Shown here: positions 53,748-55,894 of the stretch, piece after piece
Layout of the letters: every line of letters starts with the position of its first letter
Position numbering within the stretch: the stretch's first letter is position 1
Origin: Syntrophales bacterium
Lineage (GTDB): Bacteria > Desulfobacterota > Syntrophia > Syntrophales > Fen-1087
Assembly (NCBI GenBank): GCA_030656035.1
Contig: JAUSOK010000168.1
Coordinates: forward strand, 1-55,894
Reading direction: 5' to 3'
DNA length: 55,894 bases
Made by a program: the position numbers and the translations under genes
The notes under the pieces: generated by a model
What the model was told of the DNA's origin: nothing
The model's input: the letters and a program-made list of their open reading frames with translations, nothing else
Database searches by the model: none

Positions 53748-55618
53748 AGCGGTTGTTTCCCTTCGTATAGAACAAAGCTCAGCGGCGGGATACGGTATGT
53801 GGCATCGTGTGAGAGAACATCCGGCAGCAGGGCGCCCGGCCCCATCCATCGTGAGTCTGCGGAATCAAGCAGTTTGTTCCATCTGCCTTCAGGCAAATCG
53901 AGAACTGTGGTTATCTGGTCTTTGTTGAAATTCATGATGCCTAAAATCCGGCGCCCATTATTAAAACGTTCAAACGTCATAATATTATGCTCGTTGCCGG
54001 TAATTATTCGCAGGTTGCTATCATCGCATCTCAGGGCGGGCAGTTCCTTTTTCAATTTTATAAGCTGCCGGTATAAATTCAGCAATACGTTGTGATTACC
54101 AAGAGAACGGAGATCCCATTTAAGCTTGCTCGCACAAAACGTTTCCAGGTCCTGAGGGTCCGGCGGCTCCCGGCGCCATGCAAAAGAGCGAAATTCACTC
54201 TTGCGCCCCTCACAAACCGCCCTGATAAGTTCCGGATCGGAATGATCAATAAAGTAGAAAAACGGTGACGCCTCGCCATATTCCTCGCCCATGAACAAAA
54301 GCGGTATGTAGCGCGAGAGAAACACGGTCCCTGCAGCAAGCTTAAGGCCTTCAAAGTTGACGAGGTCGGAGAGCCGCTCGCCCAGCATCCGGTTTCCCAC
54401 CTGGTCGTGATTCTGTGAATATACGACAAACTGCGATGCTTTATGGAGCCGGGCAGAAGCGCCGTGACGTCTCTTGCGGCATGCTGAATATTGGCCCGAG
54501 TAAACATAGCCCTCTGCAAACGCAGTCTTCAGATGGCCAATGCTTCCGAAATCAGCATAATATCCTCCCCGCTCACCGGTGAGCAGCGTGTGCAGGGAGT
54601 GGTGAAAATCGTCGCACCACTGTGCATCAATACCATGGCCGCCCACACTTCGTGGACGGATTATCCGGGGATTGTTGAGATCGCTTTCTGCAATGAGATA
54701 AAATTTTCTCCCCTGTTCGCTGGAAAATTTTTCAGTCTCCCCGGCAATCTCTTCTAAAATATGTGTCGGGCTCATATCATATATGCCGTGAATTGCATCC
54801 AGCCGAAGAGCGTCGATGTGGTAATGGCGAAACCAGAACAGGGCATTAATGACAAAGTAATTTCTTACGCCGTCACAGTAGGCAGAATCAAAGTTGATGG
54901 CACTGCCCCACGGTGTTTTATATTTTTCAGTAAAATATGGTCCAAAATCACCCAGGTAATTTCCTTCCGGACCAAGATGGTTGTATACCACGTCAAGGAT
55001 GACCGCGAGTCCATTTTTATGGCAGGCATTGACAAGCTGTTTTAACCCATCCGGGCCGCCATAGGAATTTTGCACGGCAAACGGATAGACCCCGTCATAT
55101 CCCCAGTTCCGTTCACCCGGAAACTGGGCAACCGGCATGATTTCTATGGCAGTTATCCCTAAATCTTTTAAATCATTCAATCTGGGAATAATTGCTGCAA
55201 ACGTGCCCTCGGGAGTAAATGTTCCTACATGCAGTTCATAGATGATCATTTCTTCCAGGGAGATTCCCCTCCACGAAAGATCTTCCCATGTAAAATCGGG
55301 CTGATGTATTACTTCAGAGGGTCCGTGAACCCCTTGAGGCTGGAAAAAAGATGCAGGATCAGGGCGTTTGAAGGATTGTTTGAGGGAATAAAAGTAGCGG
55401 GCGCCCGGGCTGATATCGTGGGCTATAACCTTCCAGTAGCCAAGACCGTCTTGTTCCATTGAAAGCCGGCGCCGCACCGGATGAACAATTACGAGTGCTA
55501 CATCCTGTAGTAATGGAGCCCATACCGTAAATTCGCAGGACCCGTCATGCCGATAATGTGCTCCTATTTGAAAATAGAAATTATCCTTAGAATATTCATT
55601 TTGTTTGCATGTATTCAT
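53744..55618 (-). CDS. treZ: Malto-oligosyltrehalose trehalohydrolase (GH13_10)
   Basis: A 624-aa ORF with IYELHVGTFT, ILDVVYNHLGPEGNY, ALRLDAIHGI, LIAESDLN and YSQNHDQVGNR. Confidence 0.9.
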   Translation of the reverse strand: MNTCKQNEYSKDNFYFQIGAHYRHDGSCEFTVWAPLLQDVALVIVHPVRRRLSMEQDGLGYWKVIAHDISPGARYFYSLKQSFKRPDPASFFQPQGVHGPSEVIHQPDFTWEDLSWRGISLEEMIIYELHVGTFTPEGTFAAIIPRLNDLKDLGITAIEIMPVAQFPGERNWGYDGVYPFAVQNSYGGPDGLKQLVNACHKNGLAVILDVVYNHLGPEGNYLGDFGPYFTEKYKTPWGSAINFDSAYCDGVRNYFVINALFWFRHYHIDALRLDAIHGIYDMSPTHILEEIAGETEKFSSEQGRKFYLIAESDLNNPRIIRPRSVGGHGIDAQWCDDFHHSLHTLLTGERGGYYADFGSIGHLKTAFAEGYVYSGQYSACRKRRHGASARLHKASQFVVYSQNHDQVGNRMLGERLSDLVNFEGLKLAAGTVFLSRYIPLLFMGEEYGEASPFFYFIDHSDPELIRAVCEGRKSEFRSFAWRREPPDPQDLETFCASKLKWDLRSLGNHNVLLNLYRQLIKLKKELPALRCDDSNLRIITGNEHNIMTFERFNNGRRILGIMNFNKDQITTVLDLPEGRWNKLLDSADSRWMGPGALLPDVLSHDATYRIPPLSFVLYEGKQPL

Positions 55619-55725
55619 TTTTATGACACAATATCAAAAACAGTTTGCCCGTACTGCCAAGGGAAAACATGACATAACGATTTTTGATAAGTTTGTTTGA
55701 TGAGAACTTCCTATTTCACGGTGTG

Positions 55726-55754
55726 AGTATAAGAAGAAGGACATTGCATGTCAA
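55726..55754 (-). promoter_or_regulatory. Candidate sigma70 promoter of the treZ-to-glgB operon
   Basis: On the minus strand: TTGACA (55754..55749), a 17-nt spacer, then TATACT (55731..55726). It lies about 105 nt upstream of the treZ ATG. Confidence 0.55.
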
Positions 55755-55787
55755 GATGATTGTGGACGTATATGGAGTCTGTGTTCT

Positions 55788-55894
55788 TTACCGTCCCCGC
55801 CAGCAGCAGAGGCAGAGCTGATCTTCTGCCATGCCGATGGCTTCGATCATGTCTTCAATATGCAGATATTTGAGCGATGTCACATTCAGATCCC
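55788..55894 (-). CDS. 3' end of a gene running off the window; the C-terminus resembles amidophosphoribosyltransferase (PurF, B. subtilis type)
   Basis: Manual translation gives DLNVTSLKYLHIEDMIEAIGMAEDQLCLCCWRGR*, compared from memory with ...SL.FLS.EGL..AIG.....C.ACFTG.YP. The local sequence is GC-rich like the left-hand part of the window. Confidence 0.35.
   Translation of the reverse strand, partial: DLNVTSLKYLHIEDMIEAIGMAEDQLCLCCWRGR

Noticed and set aside
53748-53849. 34-aa N-terminal extension of the GH57 ORF (MDGAGRPAAGCS...)
   Set aside because: It would overlap the treZ 3' end by about 100 nt. GH57 homology begins exactly at MNRHICIHGHFYQPP, and that ATG forms an ATGA overlap with the treZ stop.

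Overview
This is a 55.9-kb chromosomal segment from a Gram-negative, probably anaerobic bacterium. Evidence for Gram-negative: lnt, an RND efflux pair, a patatin/Omp85 protein and an MltD-like lytic transglycosylase. Evidence for an anaerobic lifestyle (inference only): class II B12-dependent RNR, a PduL/acetate-kinase protein and a radical SAM gene.

Positions 1-39.4 kb are GC-rich; my hand counts on sampled 60-nt lines give about 55-65% GC. This part is mostly housekeeping: a higBA toxin-antitoxin remnant, two periplasmic M16 peptidases, an M20 peptidase, phoH-ybeY, mltD, corC-lnt-prfB (prfB has the classical +1 frameshift), a radical SAM gene, rhlE, the RND pump, nrdJ, and ispG-proS-rel-amidase-rph-rdgB-tRNA-Pro.

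Positions 39.4-55.7 kb form one tightly packed minus-strand operon for alpha-glucan/trehalose metabolism: treZ, GH57, treY, malQ, glgE, treS-mak, glgB. It has visibly lower GC (about 43-46% on sampled lines) and looks like an acquired island.

Most interesting observations:
1. A translationally linked gene pair made of an AidB-like acyl-CoA dehydrogenase and a 674-aa protein. That protein combines a degenerate HKD/PLD-like N-terminus with a C-terminal LexA/S24-like domain in which both catalytic residues are substituted. I cannot assign this pair to any described system.
2. A cNMP-binding + acetate kinase + PduL phosphotransacylase fusion in a single polypeptide.
3. A MITE-like element of about 180-210 bp, present twice, with terminal inverted repeats and 6-bp AT-rich target-site duplications. 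One copy rewrote the 3' end of treY and broke its stop/start overlap with malQ.
4. A higA antitoxin with an in-frame amber codon next to an intact higB toxin.
5. An rdgB gene that seems to start at CTG inside an rph stop overlap.

All protein assignments come from motif recognition by eye. No database search was run.
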